Source: Chrysemys picta bellii | Taxonomy: Eukaryota | Assembly (NCBI RefSeq): GCF_011386835.1 | Contig: NC_088802.1 | Location: forward strand, 1,426,001-1,490,000 | Direction: 5' to 3' | DNA length: 64,000 bases | Shown: positions 11,296-35,770 of the stretch, piece by piece | Layout: each line of letters starts with the position of its first letter | Numbering within the stretch: the first letter of the stretch is position 1 | Program-made: the position numbers and the translations under genes | Notes under the pieces: model-generated | Seen by the model: the letters and a program-made list of their open reading frames with translations, nothing else | What the model was told of the DNA's origin: nothing | The model's database searches: none

Positions 11296-12872
11296 CCCCA
11301 GGGGGCCCAGCCCCCCAACACGGCCCCAGGACACTGCTGGACTCGACCTGCCCCGCCCCCAACACGGGCCCGGGACACTGCCGGACTCACGCCCTGCCCC
11401 GGCCCACACGGACGAGGAGGGGGGTCTCCCCGCCCCCTGTGCGGGCTGAGAACGGGGGACGGATGGTGGGTTTGGGGGTGATGTGGGCCCCCAAGGGGCT
11501 GGGCTGACCCCCGCTTACACTACACAATATAAATGTCTGTGGCACCCCCTGCAGGCAGGCCCAGGAACTGCAGCTGGACAGGAGCGCAGCCGGGGGGTGC
11601 CCCGTGCTAGTGGGGGTGGTTTGGGGGGCAGCAGGAGCCTGGGGGGGGCTCTCTGGCTATTGGTATAATGGTGGTTGAATGGAGGTGAAGAGCAGCTGGG
11701 AATGGAGGGTGGGGGGCAGGGGGGATTTGGGGTTCACAGTGTACGTTCCCAGCACTGATTAAAACACCAGTGATTCTTCAGCCCCCTGCGAAGAGTGTGG
11801 GGGGAGGGAACTAAGGGGTCTGGGGGGCTCGGCCCCAGCGCCCGAGAAACCAGAACTGTGACCTGTCAGGCGTGGGCCTGAGGTAGACGGGGCTGGAGGC
11901 AGGGCGAGGAGGGGAAAGTGGGGGGCTGGAGGGAGGAGATAGGAAGGAAGGGGTCAGGGGAAAGTGGGGGGCCAGAGGAGGGCACGGGGGCAGGGGAAAG
12001 CAGGCAGGAAGGCGGGGGGCTGAGAGGTTCTGTGACTGGCCCAGAGGAGCCCGCGATGGAGTGGAGCCAGGGGGTCCAGCTGTGCCCCTGGGGACCCCTG
12101 GCAGCTCCCCCGGGAATCGCAGCCCTGGCCCCTGGGGCGAAAGGCCACGAGCGGCTGGTGAGCGCCAGCAATGCCGGCGACAGGGGGACATGTCACTGGC
12201 TGGGGAGCACCACGGGGGAGGTGGAGAAAAGGGAACAGCAGGGGCTGCGGGTTGGGAGTGAGGGGCACTGGCAGAACTGGGGGGCAAGGCTGGGCTGACG
12301 GGGCTGCGGGTTGGGAGTGAGGGGCACTGGCAGGGCTGGGCTAGCAGAGGGCTGTGGGTCAGGAGTCAGGGGCACGGGCAGGGCTGGGCTAGCAGGGGGC
12401 TGTGGTCAGGAGTGAGGGGCACGACTGGGGCAGAGTGGGGGGCAGGACTGGGGCGGAGTTGTGGGGGGAGACATGGCTGGGCCCATTGGAGAGTCAGGCA
12501 CCTCGGGGGGGGGGGGGGGCAGGTGCAGTTCCCCTCACCGGTGTCCCCCAGCCCGCTCTCCCCCAGCTATGCCGGGGCAAGCCTGAGATATGGGGGGGGG
12601 CAGAGCCCATCCCGCCTGCTTCTGGGGAGGGGAACAGGGCAAACAGCTGGAGACAGATGGGGGGGTTCACACTGCTTCCCCCCAAGCAGCACCTGCAGCT
12701 GCTGCCCAAGGTGGGGGGCTGGTACTGAGAGCAGATGTTGCCCCTTTGGGCAGCCTTGGTTTTGGGGTTCAGGTTGGGGGAACTGATTTGGAGAGACAGC
12801 AAGTTTCAGGGAACACACACACACCCCTGAAATCCATGGACCTGAAATAATCAGCAAGTGGAAAAAATATAT

Positions 12873-12878
12873 TTTATT
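12873..12878 (-). terminator. PBX2: Probable PBX2 polyadenylation signal (mirror 29400-29405)
   Basis: AATAAA on the minus strand in an AU-rich patch ~2.1 kb past the stop. Confidence 0.6.
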
Positions 12879-14961
12879 ATATAGGCAAAAAAGTCTGTAC
12901 AACAGCAAAGGGGGGGCAGAACCCCAGGGGGGGACCCCAAACCAACACAGATGGCCTGTGCTGCACCCCCTCCCCCCACTAATTAATTTGAGGCCTAGTT
13001 CCCCCTCAGAAGCCTGCTCTTGAGTAAGGCTCATCTCTCCTAGGTTGGACCCACAGCCCCACACTAGGGTCACAGGGTGCAGGGGAGGCCCCCATGTTGC
13101 TCCTGGGCTCCCCCCCATGCAACCACCTGCGTGTCCCCCCATTCCAGTCTCCCTAAAGTAGCCAAGGAGCCAGCATTGATGGAAGAGACAAAAGGGCTGC
13201 CCTCAGCCAAGCAAAACAGGAGGTGGGGGGAGGACAGACCCCCCCACCTTATTAACTGATAGAAGAGGGGGCAGGGTCCCACACACACAGCTGGGGAAGG
13301 GAGGCCCCATTTTTGAGGGAGAGAAACAGGGAAATGGCCCCATGAAGGGGAAGGGGATGGAGGTTCTGGGGTTGCGGGGGGGGGGAAAATTAGGGAAGAT
13401 CCGAGGGGAAGGAGAGGGGTGATGGATCACGGGGGGCGGGAAATCAGCGTGATGATAAATCCAAGGGGTTGAGGTGACAGGGTTCAGGGTAGGGGTGGTG
13501 ATCGAAGTGATGGGGCAGCATGTGTGGGGATTGGGGTAATGGGGGTTCAGGGTGAGGGACTGGGGTGATGGGAGGTTTGAGGTGGGAAGCAGCCGGGGGG
13601 GGGTTTACATTCCAACCAGCTGCTCCCCAAGAAAACCCAAACAAAACAAACAGCCCAAACCAAAGGGTAACTCCTGGGGGAGATGCCCAGGGACCCCCCC
13701 CGTGACACCCCCCACCCCAAGAGCCATGGGGGGACATCCAGAAAAACAACAAAAGTTAAGAAACATATGACAAAATAAGGTTTTTTTTCCATTCTAAACA
13801 TTCCCCCCGACACACACTTGCACTGGGGGAGTCACGTCAGGTGTGACGAGCCCCCCACCCACTGAACTCCCCCCACAGCCCCCATCCAGTCCCACCCGCT
13901 TACCCAGGACCCCAGTAACCCCCTCCTCCACTCCAGCCCCCCCTCCCTCAACTAACCCCCTCTCCAACCTCCCTCCCCCGGCAGACACACGCCATAGTTG
14001 CAGACAATAAAAGAAATTAACCTTGACAGTGGCGGGGGAAGGGGGGAATGGGGCCCAGCGCCCCCCATGTCGTGGGGGGGCTGGGGGTCAGAGGTAGAAG
14101 GTTCCATGGTCTCTGGCTCGGAGTCCGAGTCTCTCTTGGTGTCGCGTTGAGGTAAATGAAGTAAGGGGCCCGCGGCGCCGGGCGAAACGCAGTCCCCTTC
14201 CCGCGCCGGCCTGGCCGCTCCTCGGGAATTCGTCCCGGCACTCCCGTCTGGCTCGCGCGGGCCGGCCCTGCGCCCCCCGCCGGCTTTCAATGGCTAGAGC
14301 TCAACTGGTCAGTCTCCCGCCATGTTCGCTGCTCCTCTTCTCCCGCCGGCGCCCCCCGCCTCCTCCTTACGGCCCCTCCCCATCACGTCTTTCCTCCCTC
14401 CGCCCCTCTCTCCACACCCCCCCGTTTCCCGCGGCTGGGCGGGGCGCTGGGGCTCTGCTCCCGCAAACATCCTGTCCTGGAGCCCCACGTGCTCAGCGCC
14501 CCGGGGGGCACAAATGGGAGCAGGGGGCAGCCAGCCAGAGCAGGTGTCGGGGAGGGGAGGGGGGGTAACGAGAGACAGCTGGACACGGGCCGAGCGCGGC
14601 GGAAACGGCCGTGCGAGGGAGCTGAGAAAACGGGGAGAACCCGGGCAAAACGGCGAGGCCGGTGCACGGGGACGAGAAGGAAACGCCCTGAAGAGTGAGA
14701 AAGCCGGGGGGGGGGGAAGCCGGGGGGGTCTTGGCCCCACATGGGGGAGTCGGGGGGGGGGGGGGCTCACAACCTTTGTGCTGCTCGTTCAATACCAAAA
14801 TGCCCAGGGAGCCTGGATTCGGCTCCGGCCCCCCTCTGGATTCACCCTACAAAGCGACGCCGTCGGGGGGTCCCCATGGGCACCACCTTGGCTTGTTTCC
14901 CGTGAAGAGATGCCAGCCCCCCCGCCCCCCCATGGATGTGGGGGGGCGGCCGGGGGGTGGA

Positions 14962-22072
<7,111 letters not shown>

Positions 22073-22506
22073 GGCCCGACAGCGCCGGGGGGGCCCCGGG
22101 AGACTCCGGGGCTGCCAAGATGGAGCCGCGGCGGGGCGGGGCGGGGGGTCGGGGCTCGCCCGGGCTCGCTGCAGCCGGCGCGTATCGGTGCTGCCCCCTG
22201 GCGGCCGCGGGGGGGACGGGGGGGCCTTAAAGGGACAGGACAGGAATTTCCGGGGGCTGAGGGCGCTCACAGGGGGAGGGGCCGGGAGCCAGGACTCCTG
22301 GGTTCTCTCCCCGGCGCTGGGCGGGGGAGGGGCCGGGAGCCAGGACTCCTGGGTTCTCTCCCCGGAGCTGGGCGGGGGAGGGGCCGGGAGCCAGGACTCC
22401 TGGGTTCTCTCCCCGGCGCTGGGTGGGGGAGGGACCGGCAGCCAGGACGCCTGGGACTAGGCTACAGAAAATTTTCTTTTATTTCCTCCAGACAAGGGCG
22501 GGGACC

Positions 22507-23006
22507 NNNNNNNNNNNNNNNNNNNNNNNNNNNNNNNNNNNNNNNNNNNNNNNNNNNNNNNNNNNNNNNNNNNNNNNNNNNNNNNNNNNNNNNNNNNNNN
22601 NNNNNNNNNNNNNNNNNNNNNNNNNNNNNNNNNNNNNNNNNNNNNNNNNNNNNNNNNNNNNNNNNNNNNNNNNNNNNNNNNNNNNNNNNNNNNNNNNNNN
22701 NNNNNNNNNNNNNNNNNNNNNNNNNNNNNNNNNNNNNNNNNNNNNNNNNNNNNNNNNNNNNNNNNNNNNNNNNNNNNNNNNNNNNNNNNNNNNNNNNNNN
22801 NNNNNNNNNNNNNNNNNNNNNNNNNNNNNNNNNNNNNNNNNNNNNNNNNNNNNNNNNNNNNNNNNNNNNNNNNNNNNNNNNNNNNNNNNNNNNNNNNNNN
22901 NNNNNNNNNNNNNNNNNNNNNNNNNNNNNNNNNNNNNNNNNNNNNNNNNNNNNNNNNNNNNNNNNNNNNNNNNNNNNNNNNNNNNNNNNNNNNNNNNNNN
23001 NNNNNN
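22507..23006. other. Assembly gap, exactly 500 N
   Basis: Run of N of round length, typical of a scaffolding placeholder. Confidence 1.
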
Positions 23007-23238
23007 CCCAGCCTTCCCCCACTAACATAAACCTGATGCTGCCCCAACCCCAAAGCCCCGGCCCCAGAGCGCACATGGGGCATCTTGACACCAGCCCCCC
23101 CCCCCCCCGAGTCTCCCTGCAGTGCCGCGGGAATCGGGACAGGGGCGCTGGGGGAGGTTGGGAGGGGCCGCCTCCAGCCCCTGTGCGATTCGGCCAGGAG
23201 CCCCCCGCGTCCCCCCCACTCACCCCCTCGCCCCCCAG

Positions 23239-27328
<4,090 letters not shown>

Positions 27329-30300
27329 TCCACCCCCCGGCCGCCCCCCCACATCCATGGGGGGCGGGGGGGCTGGCATCTTTTCACGGGAAACAAGCCA
27401 AGGTGGTGCCCATGGGGACCCCCCGACGGCGTCGCTTTGTAGGTGAATCCAGAGGGGGCCGGAGCCGAATCCAGGCTCCCTGGGCATTTTGGTATTGAAC
27501 GAGCAGCACAAAGGTTGTGAGCCCCCCCCCCCCCGACTCCCCCATGTGGGGCCAAGACCCCCCCGGCTTCCCCCCCCCCCCCGGATTTCTCACTCTTCAG
27601 GGCGTTTCCTTCTCGTCCCCGTGCGCCGGCCTCGCCGTTTTGCCCGGGTTCTCCCCGTTTTCTCAGCTCCCTCGCACGGCCGTTTCCGCCGCGCTCGGCC
27701 CCGTGTCCAGCCGTCTCTCGCTACCCCCCCCCCCCGACTGGCTGCCCCCTGCTCCCATTTGTGCCCCCGGGGCGCTGAGCACGTGGGGCTCCAGGACAGG
27801 ATGTTTGCGGGAGCAGAGCCCCAGCGCCCTGCCCAGCCGCGGGAAACGGGGGGGTGTGTGGAGAGAGGGGCGGGGGGAGGAAAGATGTGATGGGGAGGGG
27901 CCGTAAGGAGGAGGCGGGGGGCGCCGGCGGGAGAAGAGGAGCAGCGAACATGGCGGGAGACTGACCAGTCGAGCTCTAGCCATTGAAAGCCGGCGGGGGG
28001 CGCAGGGCCGGCCCGCGCGAGCCAGACGGGAGTGCCGGGACGAATTCCCGAGGAGCGGCCAGGCCGGCGCGGGAAGAGGACTGCGTTTCGCCCGGCGCCG
28101 CGGGCCCCTTACTTCATTTACCTCAACGCGACACCAAGAGAGACTCGGACTCCGAGCCAGAGACCATGGAACCTTCTACCTCTGACCCCCAGCCCCCCCA
28201 TGACATGGGGGGCGCTGGGCCCCATTCCCCCCTTCCCCCGCCACTGTCAAGGTTAATTTCTTTTATTGTCTGCAACTATGGCGTGTGTCTGCCGGGGGAG
28301 GGAGGTTGGAGAGGGGGTTAGTTGAGGGAGGGGGGGCTGGAGTGGAGGAGGGGGTTACTGGGGTCCTGGGTAAGTGGGCGGGACTGGATGGGGGCTGTGG
28401 GGGGAGTTCAGTGGGTGGGGGGCTCGTCACACCTGACGTGACTCCCCCAGTGCAAGTGTGTGTCGGGGGGAATGTTTAGAATGGAAAAAACTCTTTTTTT
28501 GTCATATGTTTCTTAACTTTTTGTTGTTTTTCTGGGTGTCCCCCCCCATGGCTCTTGGGGTGGGGGGTGTCACGGGGGGGTCCCTGGGCATCTCCCCCAG
28601 GAGTTACCCTTTGGTTTGGACTGTTTGTTTTGTTTGGGTTTTCTTGGGGAGCAGCTGGTTGGAATGTAACCCCCCCCCCCCCCCGGCTGCTTCCCGCCTC
28701 AAACCTCCCATCACCCCAGTCCCTCACCCTGAACCCCCATTACCCCAATCCCCACACATGCTGCCCCATCACTTCGATCACCACCCCTACCCTGAACCCT
28801 GTCACCTCAGACCCCTTGGATTTATCATCACGCTGATTTCCCGCCCCCCGTGATCCATCACCCCTCTCCTTCCCCTCGGATCTTCCCTGATTTCCCCCCC
28901 CCCCGCAACCCTAGAACCTCCATCCCCTTCCCCTTCATGGGGCCATTTCCCTGTTTCTCTCCCTCAGAAATGGGGCCTCCCTTCCCCAGCTGTGTGTGTG
29001 GGACCCTGCCCCCTCTTCTATCAGTTAATAAGGTGGGGGGGGGTCTGTCCTCCCCCACCTCCTGTTTTGCTTGGCTGAGGGCAGCCCTTTTGTCTCTTCC
29101 ATCAATGCTGGCTCCTTGGCTACTTTAGGGAGACTGGAATGGGGGGACACGCAGGTGGTTGCATGGGGGGGAGCCCAGGAGCAACATGGGGGCCTCCCTG
29201 CACCCTGTGACCCTAGTGTGGGGCTGTGGGTCCAACCTAGGAGAGATGAGCCTTGCTCAAGAGCAGGCTTCTGAGGGGAACTAGGCCTCAAATGAATTAG
29301 TGGGGGGAGGGGGTGCAGCACAGGCCATCTGTGTTGGTTTGGGGTCCCCCCTGGGGTTCTGCCCCCCCTTTGCTGTTGTACAGACTTTTTTGCCTATATA
29401 ATAAAATATATTTTTTCCACTTGCTGATTATTTCAGGTCCATGGATTTCAGGGGTGTGTGTGTGTTCCCTGAAACTTGCTGTCTCTCCAAATCAGTTCCC
29501 CAACCTGAACCCCAAAACCAAGGCTGCCCAAAGGGGCGACATCTGCTCTCAGTACCAGCCCCCCACCTTGGGCAGCAGCTGCAGGTGCTGCTTGGGGGAG
29601 CAGTGTGAATCCCCCCCATCTGTCTCCAGCTGTTTGCCCTGTTCCCCTCCCCAGAAGCAGGCGGGATGGGCTCTGCCCCCCCATATCTCAGGCTTGCCCC
29701 GGCATAGCTGGGGGAGAGCTGGCTAGGGGGACACGGGTGAGGGGAACTGCACCTGCCCCCCCCCGAGGTGCCTGACTCTCCAACGGGCCCAGCCATGTCT
29801 CCCCCCACAACTCCGCCCCAGTCCTGCCCCCCACTCTGCCCATGCCCCTCACTCTGACCACAGCCCCCTGTTAGCCCAGCCCTGCCGTGCCCCTCACTCC
29901 TGACCCACAGCCCCTGCTGTTCCCTTTTCTCCACCTCCCCCGTGGTGCTCCCCAGACGGTGACACGTCCCCCTGTCGCCGGCATTGCTGGCGCTCACCAG
30001 CCGCTCATGGCCTTTCGCCCCAGGGGCCAGGGCTGCGATTCCCGGGGGAGCTGCCAGGGGTCCTCTGGGCCGGTCACAGAACCTCTCAGCCCCCGCCTTC
30101 CTGCCTGCTTTCCCCTGCCCCCCACTTTCCCCTGACTCCTTCCTTCCTGTCTCCTCCCTCCAGCCCCCGCTTTCCCTCCTCGCCCTGCCTCCAGCCCCGT
30201 CTACCTCAGGCCCACGTCTGACAGGTCACAGTTCTGGTTTCTCGGGCGCTGGGGCCGAGCCCCCCAGACCCCTTAGTTCCCTCCCCCCACACTCTTCGCA

Positions 30301-30788
30301 GGGGGCTGAAGAATCACTGGTGTTTTAATCAGTGCTGGGAACGTACACTGTGAACCCCAAATCCCCCCTGCCCCCCACCCTCCATTCCCAGCTGCTCTTC
30401 ACCTCCATTCAACCACCATTATACCAATAGCCAGAGAGCCCCCCCGGCTCCTGCTGCCCCCAAACCACCCCCACTAGCACGGGGCACCCCCCGGCTGCGC
30501 TTCTGTCCAGCTGCAGTTCCTGGGCCTGCCTGCAGGGGGTGCCACAGACATTTATATTGTGTAGTGTAAGTGGGGGTCAGCCCAGCCCCTTGGGGGCCCA
30601 CATCACCCCCAAACCCGCCATCAGTCCCCTGTTCTCAGCCCGCACAGGGGGCGGGGAGACCCCCCTCCTCGTCCGTGTGGGCCGGGGCAGGGCGTGAGTC
30701 CGGCAGTGTCCCGGGCCCGTGTTGGGGGCGGGGCAGGTCGAGTCCAGCAGTGTCCTGGGGCCGTGTTGGGGGGCTGGGCCCCCTGGGG

Positions 30789-33524
30789 TCAGACGCTGAG
30801 GAGCCAGAAGAAGAAGAAGATGGCCAGGAAGAGGAAGAGCGAATCCTGCCAGCCCGAGGGACGGGGGGCGCCGGCTTCATCTGGGGGTAGAGAGAGGTAA
30901 GTGGAAGGGGAGCCGGGGAAATCCAGCCCAGCCCCCCCCCCCCATGCCAAGCAGTGGGCTGGGTCCAGCATGGGGTTGCAATGGAATGGGAGGGGGTGGG
31001 GGAGCACAGGGAGCAGTGGAAAGTTGTGGGGGGTTGGGATAGCAGGAGAGTTGGAATGGGCAGCGTGTGGTGGGGAGCTGGGGGAGGAGCAGTGGGGGTA
31101 GGGGATCTGTGGGTAGCAGCAGGGAGATCTGGAGGCTGGGGTAGCAGCAGGGGGCTCTGTGGGGGATCTGTGGGTAGCAGCAGGGGGGTCCGTACCTACT
31201 CTGGCCTCGGGCCCCCGCAGCACGGTGGTGAAGACCCCGAAGGGGAAGGCTCCGATGCCAAAGGCCATGTGGAAGCCGGCGTCGTGGTAGGGCGGAGGCA
31301 GGCCCTGTGGAGAGAGGGGGCGTTAGCACGGGGGGGCGTTAGCACCGGGGGGGAAGGGAGGCTGTTGCCTTGCACTCACCCCACGGCTCTCCGGCTCTGG
31401 GCGCTGCCCCCGCGGCCGAGGGGGGGTCTTCAATCTGGGGAGGGCAGAGACAGCGTGGGGGATGGGGTCAGAACAACACCCCCCTCCCTGCTTCCCATCT
31501 CCCCTGATGCTTCTCATCCATCCCCTCCTGTCCCTCCCCCCCTCCCCAATATCTGGGTTCTGCCACCCTCCCTCATCCCCACCTCTCCTATCCACATCCT
31601 GCAACCCCCCAGGTCCTGGGTCCTGCCGCCCCCACCCCCTCACCCTGCCACTTGGGGTCCTGCCCCCCCTCGCCCCGCAACCTGGGGTCCTGCCGCCCCC
31701 CCCCCCCCTCGCCCCGCACCTGGGGGTCCTGCTGGCCGGCGCTGCCCCGGCCGTAGAGTGGGATGACCTGGTCGCGGCTGATGCCGGCTTTGCAGACCGG
31801 GCCACTCCTGGCGCTCGGGGCGGGTCTCCAGCCACTGTGTGGGGGTGGGAGGGGAGGTTAGCAGCAGCCCCCCACTGCCTCTGCTTCCCCCCCCCCAACG
31901 GAGTTTCGGGGGCAGACACAGGCTTATGGGGGCCCAAGGGAGTCACCCTGCAGAGGGGGGCCTGAAAATCACGGGCAGGGGGGCTGTTGGGGGCCACGGG
32001 CAGGGGGCACTGAAGCATTATGGGAGGGGAGGGGAGGAACCTCCACCCCCTGCTTGGGACTCACCTGGTGCAGGCAGGGCCAGCTGGGGGGGGGAGAGAG
32101 AGAAGGAATTACATGGTCCTGCCCCCCATACATCCGTTCCCAACCTCCTCTTCGCGCCCCCGCACCCCCTTCACCCTGCCCCGCCCCACACATCCATCCC
32201 CCAACCCCCCTTCACTTCCCTGCCCCCCACCAGCCTGCCCCGCCCCACATCCATCCCCAACCCCCCCTTCACTCCCTGCCCCTTCACCCTGCCCCGCCCC
32301 CCACATCCATCCCTAACCCCCCTTCACTTCCCTGCCCCCCACCAGCCTGCCCCACCCCCAACACATCCATCCCCAACCCCCCTTCACTTCCCTGCCCCCC
32401 ACGAGCCTGCCCCACCCCCAACACATCCATCCCCAACCCCCCTTCACTTCCCTGCCCCCTTCACCCTGCCCGCCCCACATCCATCCCCACCCGCCCTTCA
32501 CCGCCTGCCCCCTTCACCCTGCCCCGCCCCCCACATCCATCCCCAACCCCCCTTCACTCCCCCGCCCCAACACGCCCCCCCTTCACCCTGTCCCACCCCC
32601 CCACATCCATCCCCAACCCCCCTTCACCCTGCCCTGCCCCCCAACACATCCATCCCCAACCCCCCTTCACCCTGCCCTGCCCCCCAACACATCCATCCCC
32701 AAAACCCCCTTCACCTCCCGCCCCCGAGACGCCCCAGCACGCCCCCCTTCACCCTGCCCCCACCCCCACACGCCCCTCCCCCTTCACCCTGCCCTGCCCC
32801 ACAACACAGCCATCCCCAACCCCCCCTTCACTTCCCTGCCCCCCACCAGCCTGCCCCGCCCCCGCACATCCATCCTCAAACCCCCTTCACTTCCCATGCC
32901 CCCTTCACCCTGCCCCGCCCACATCCATCCCCAACCCCCCCTTCACCCCCTTCACCCTGCCCCACCCCCACACGCCCCTCCCCCTTCACCCTGCCCCGCC
33001 CCACAACACATCCATCCCCAACCCCCCCTTCACCCCCTGCCCCCCTTCACCCTGCCCCGCCCCCCACATCCATCCCCAACCCCCCCTTCACCCCTGCCCC
33101 CCTTCACCCTGCCCCGCCCCCCACATCCATCCCCAACCCCCCCGACATACCCCCCTTCACCCTACCCCTCCCCCACACGCCCCCTCCCCCTTCCCCCTTG
33201 CCCTCCCCCAACACATCCATCCCCAACCCCCCCGACATGCCCCCCTTCACCCTCCCCCCCACGCCCCTCCCCCTTCACCCGGCCCCGCCCCGACACGCCC
33301 CCTTCGCCCTGCCCCGCCCCGCCCCCACCGACACATCCGCCCCCACCCGACACACCCCGCCCCCTCGCGTACACCCGCCCCCTCACCAGTACAGGTGCCC
33401 GCAGAGCCCGATCACACGCCTCCCGGGCCGGCTCCAGGCAGATGTTACATTCGAAGGCGCCGCGGTCGCGGTTTGGCACCTCGGGGCCCCCGTCCGGGAC
33501 CCCCGGGCCCGTTCCTGCCGCCAT
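30789..33524 (-). CDS. RNF5: Second RNF5 copy, 6 exons, with three single-base insertions in exons 1 and 3
   Basis: Exons 33387-33524 (138 vs 137 nt), 32065-32083, 31720-31834 (115 vs 113 nt), 31380-31434, 31196-31304, 30789-30880. Confidence 0.9.
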
Positions 33525-35535
33525 CTTCCCCGCCCCCCCTGGACGCCTCCTCCTTCCCCTAGATAATCCATTGGCCACCCCGACGGCCAATCAACGCTCC
33601 CGCTCGCTCAATGGACACCACCGCTGTCAATCACATTTAGCGAGGGAGTCCATTGGCTGCTGCTCAGTAAAACCTGCCTTACGGCATCTAACATTTCTAT
33701 TGGCTCTTCTGGCTGTCAATCAAAATCTGCCTATCTCCTATTGGGTAATGCTGTTTAGAAACCTCTTCCTAGTGGCGGTGACACAGGCTATTCCTATTGG
33801 CTTCTACCCCGTCTATCAAGCCTCAGCTTTATTTTATTGGCTGATGGGGAAAGAGGCGGGTATTGGCTCTTGGCGGGGAGAAAATCTTGATTGACAGCAC
33901 CGATCCGATGCCCATCAGCGACCTGGGGCCGGGTTTTCTCTGCGACCAGACGGATTTTTATTGGTCACTGCTTCTGTCACTCTAACATCCAGCAGACTAA
34001 TTGGCTGCGGCAGTGTAATGTGGCGAGACAGAGATTGATCGACATCCCGTTGATCAATCACCGTCCAATTGGCTCAGGGACCCAGAAGTGATTGGAGGAG
34101 GGTTTTGGTGGCAGAGCGGGAGGGGTGCCTGGTGTGGGAGGCCCTGATTGAGTGGAGACACTTCCGGTTTGGGGCCTAGTGCCCAGGGCGAAGCCTGAGC
34201 CCCTCAATGGCCAGAGTGGCCTGGGTAAAATGGCCGCTGTGCAACCATGGCAACCACACCCTCCCCGCCATGTCATTGTGGCAACCCTGGACCTGGCCAT
34301 GTCACTATGGCAACCACCAATTCCAACATGGCAACCGGTCATCCCCTCCATGTCACCATAGCAACCACCCACCCTGCCATGGCAACCGCCAACCTCACCA
34401 TGTCACCTCAGTCGTCGCTAACCCTGTCACGTTACCGTGACAACTGCCAGCCCCATGCCCATCAACCCAACCCTATTGCCATGGTTACCAGCAACCAGGC
34501 CAACACCATTATAGTAACCGGTCACTCCGCCTATTGCGCCCCAGCCCGTCGGAGTAAACCCCGGCCCCCCGATCCTCCAGCAACCTCAGCCCCCTCCGTC
34601 TGCCTGGGGCCCCCGGCCGGCCAGGGGGAGAGAACGAAAGAGACAGAGGTGACAGAGGAGAGAGAAGGAACGAAGGACAGAGGCCGGGCGGAGGAGAGAG
34701 ATGAGGTGGAGGAGAGAGATGGGGTGGAGAATACAACCTGGACAGGAAGGACAGAGGCCGGGGGAGGAGAGAGTGGGCCGGGCGAGGATACGGACTGTAC
34801 CCGAAGGACAGAGACCGGGCGGAGGACAGAGACGGGGTGGAGGAGAGAGGGCCGGGCGAGGATACGGACTGGACCCAAAGGACAGAGACCGGGCCGGAGG
34901 AGAGAGGCCAGGCGAGGATACAGCCTGGACAGGAAGGACAGAGACCGGGCGGAGGAGAGAGACGGGGGTGGAGAATACAACCTGGACAGGAAGGACAGAG
35001 GCCGGGAGGAGGAGAGAGGCCGGGCGAGGATACAGACTGGACCCGAAGGACAGAGACCGGGCGGAGGAGAGAGGCCAGGCGAGGATACAGACTGGACAGG
35101 AAGGACAGAGACCGGGCGGAGGAGAGAGACGGGGTGGAGGAGAGAGGCCGGGCGAGGATACAGACTGGACAGGAAGGACAGAGACCGGGCGGAGGAGAGA
35201 GACGGGGTGGAGGAGAGAGGCCGGGCGAGGATACAGACTGGACCCGAAGGACAGAGACCGGGCGGAGGACAGAGACGGGGTGGAGGAGAGAGGCTGGGCG
35301 AGGATACAGACTGGACCCAAAGGACAGAGACCGGGCGGAGGAGAGAGACGGGGTGGAGGAGAGAGGCCAGGCGAGGATACAGACTGGACCCGAAGGACAG
35401 AGACCGGGCGGAGGTGGGAGCCAGCCCGAGCGAATAGAGAAGGCAAAGGAAGGAACACGTGGACACATGGAAGAGAGAACATAAGAACGGCCATACTGGG
35501 TCAGAGCAAAGGTCCATCTAGCCCAGTGTCCTGTC

Positions 35536-35770
35536 CGGGGCTGGCTCCAGGGTTTTGGCCGCCCCAAGCAGTCAAACAAAAAAACCCAACCAACCAAAAG
35601 AAAGCCGCGATCGCGATCTGCGGCGGCAATTGGGGCGGGAGGTCCTTCGCTCCGAGCAGGGGTGAGGGACCGACCGCCGAATTGCCGCCGAACAGCTGGA
35701 CGTGCCGCCCCTCTCCGAAGTGGCCGCCCCAAGCACCTGCTTGGTAAGCTGGTGCCTGGAGCCGGCCCTG
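35536..35770. mobile_element. hAT-type MITE, mirror of 6062-6295
   Basis: TSD GTCCTGTC at 35528-35535 and 35771-35778. Confidence 0.85.

Noticed and set aside
14100-14720. CpG-rich patch resembling a separate promoter or small gene (mirror ~27600-28200)
   Set aside because: It lies between the PBX2 stop and polyA signal, with no credible ORF or splice pattern; treated as PBX2 3' UTR.
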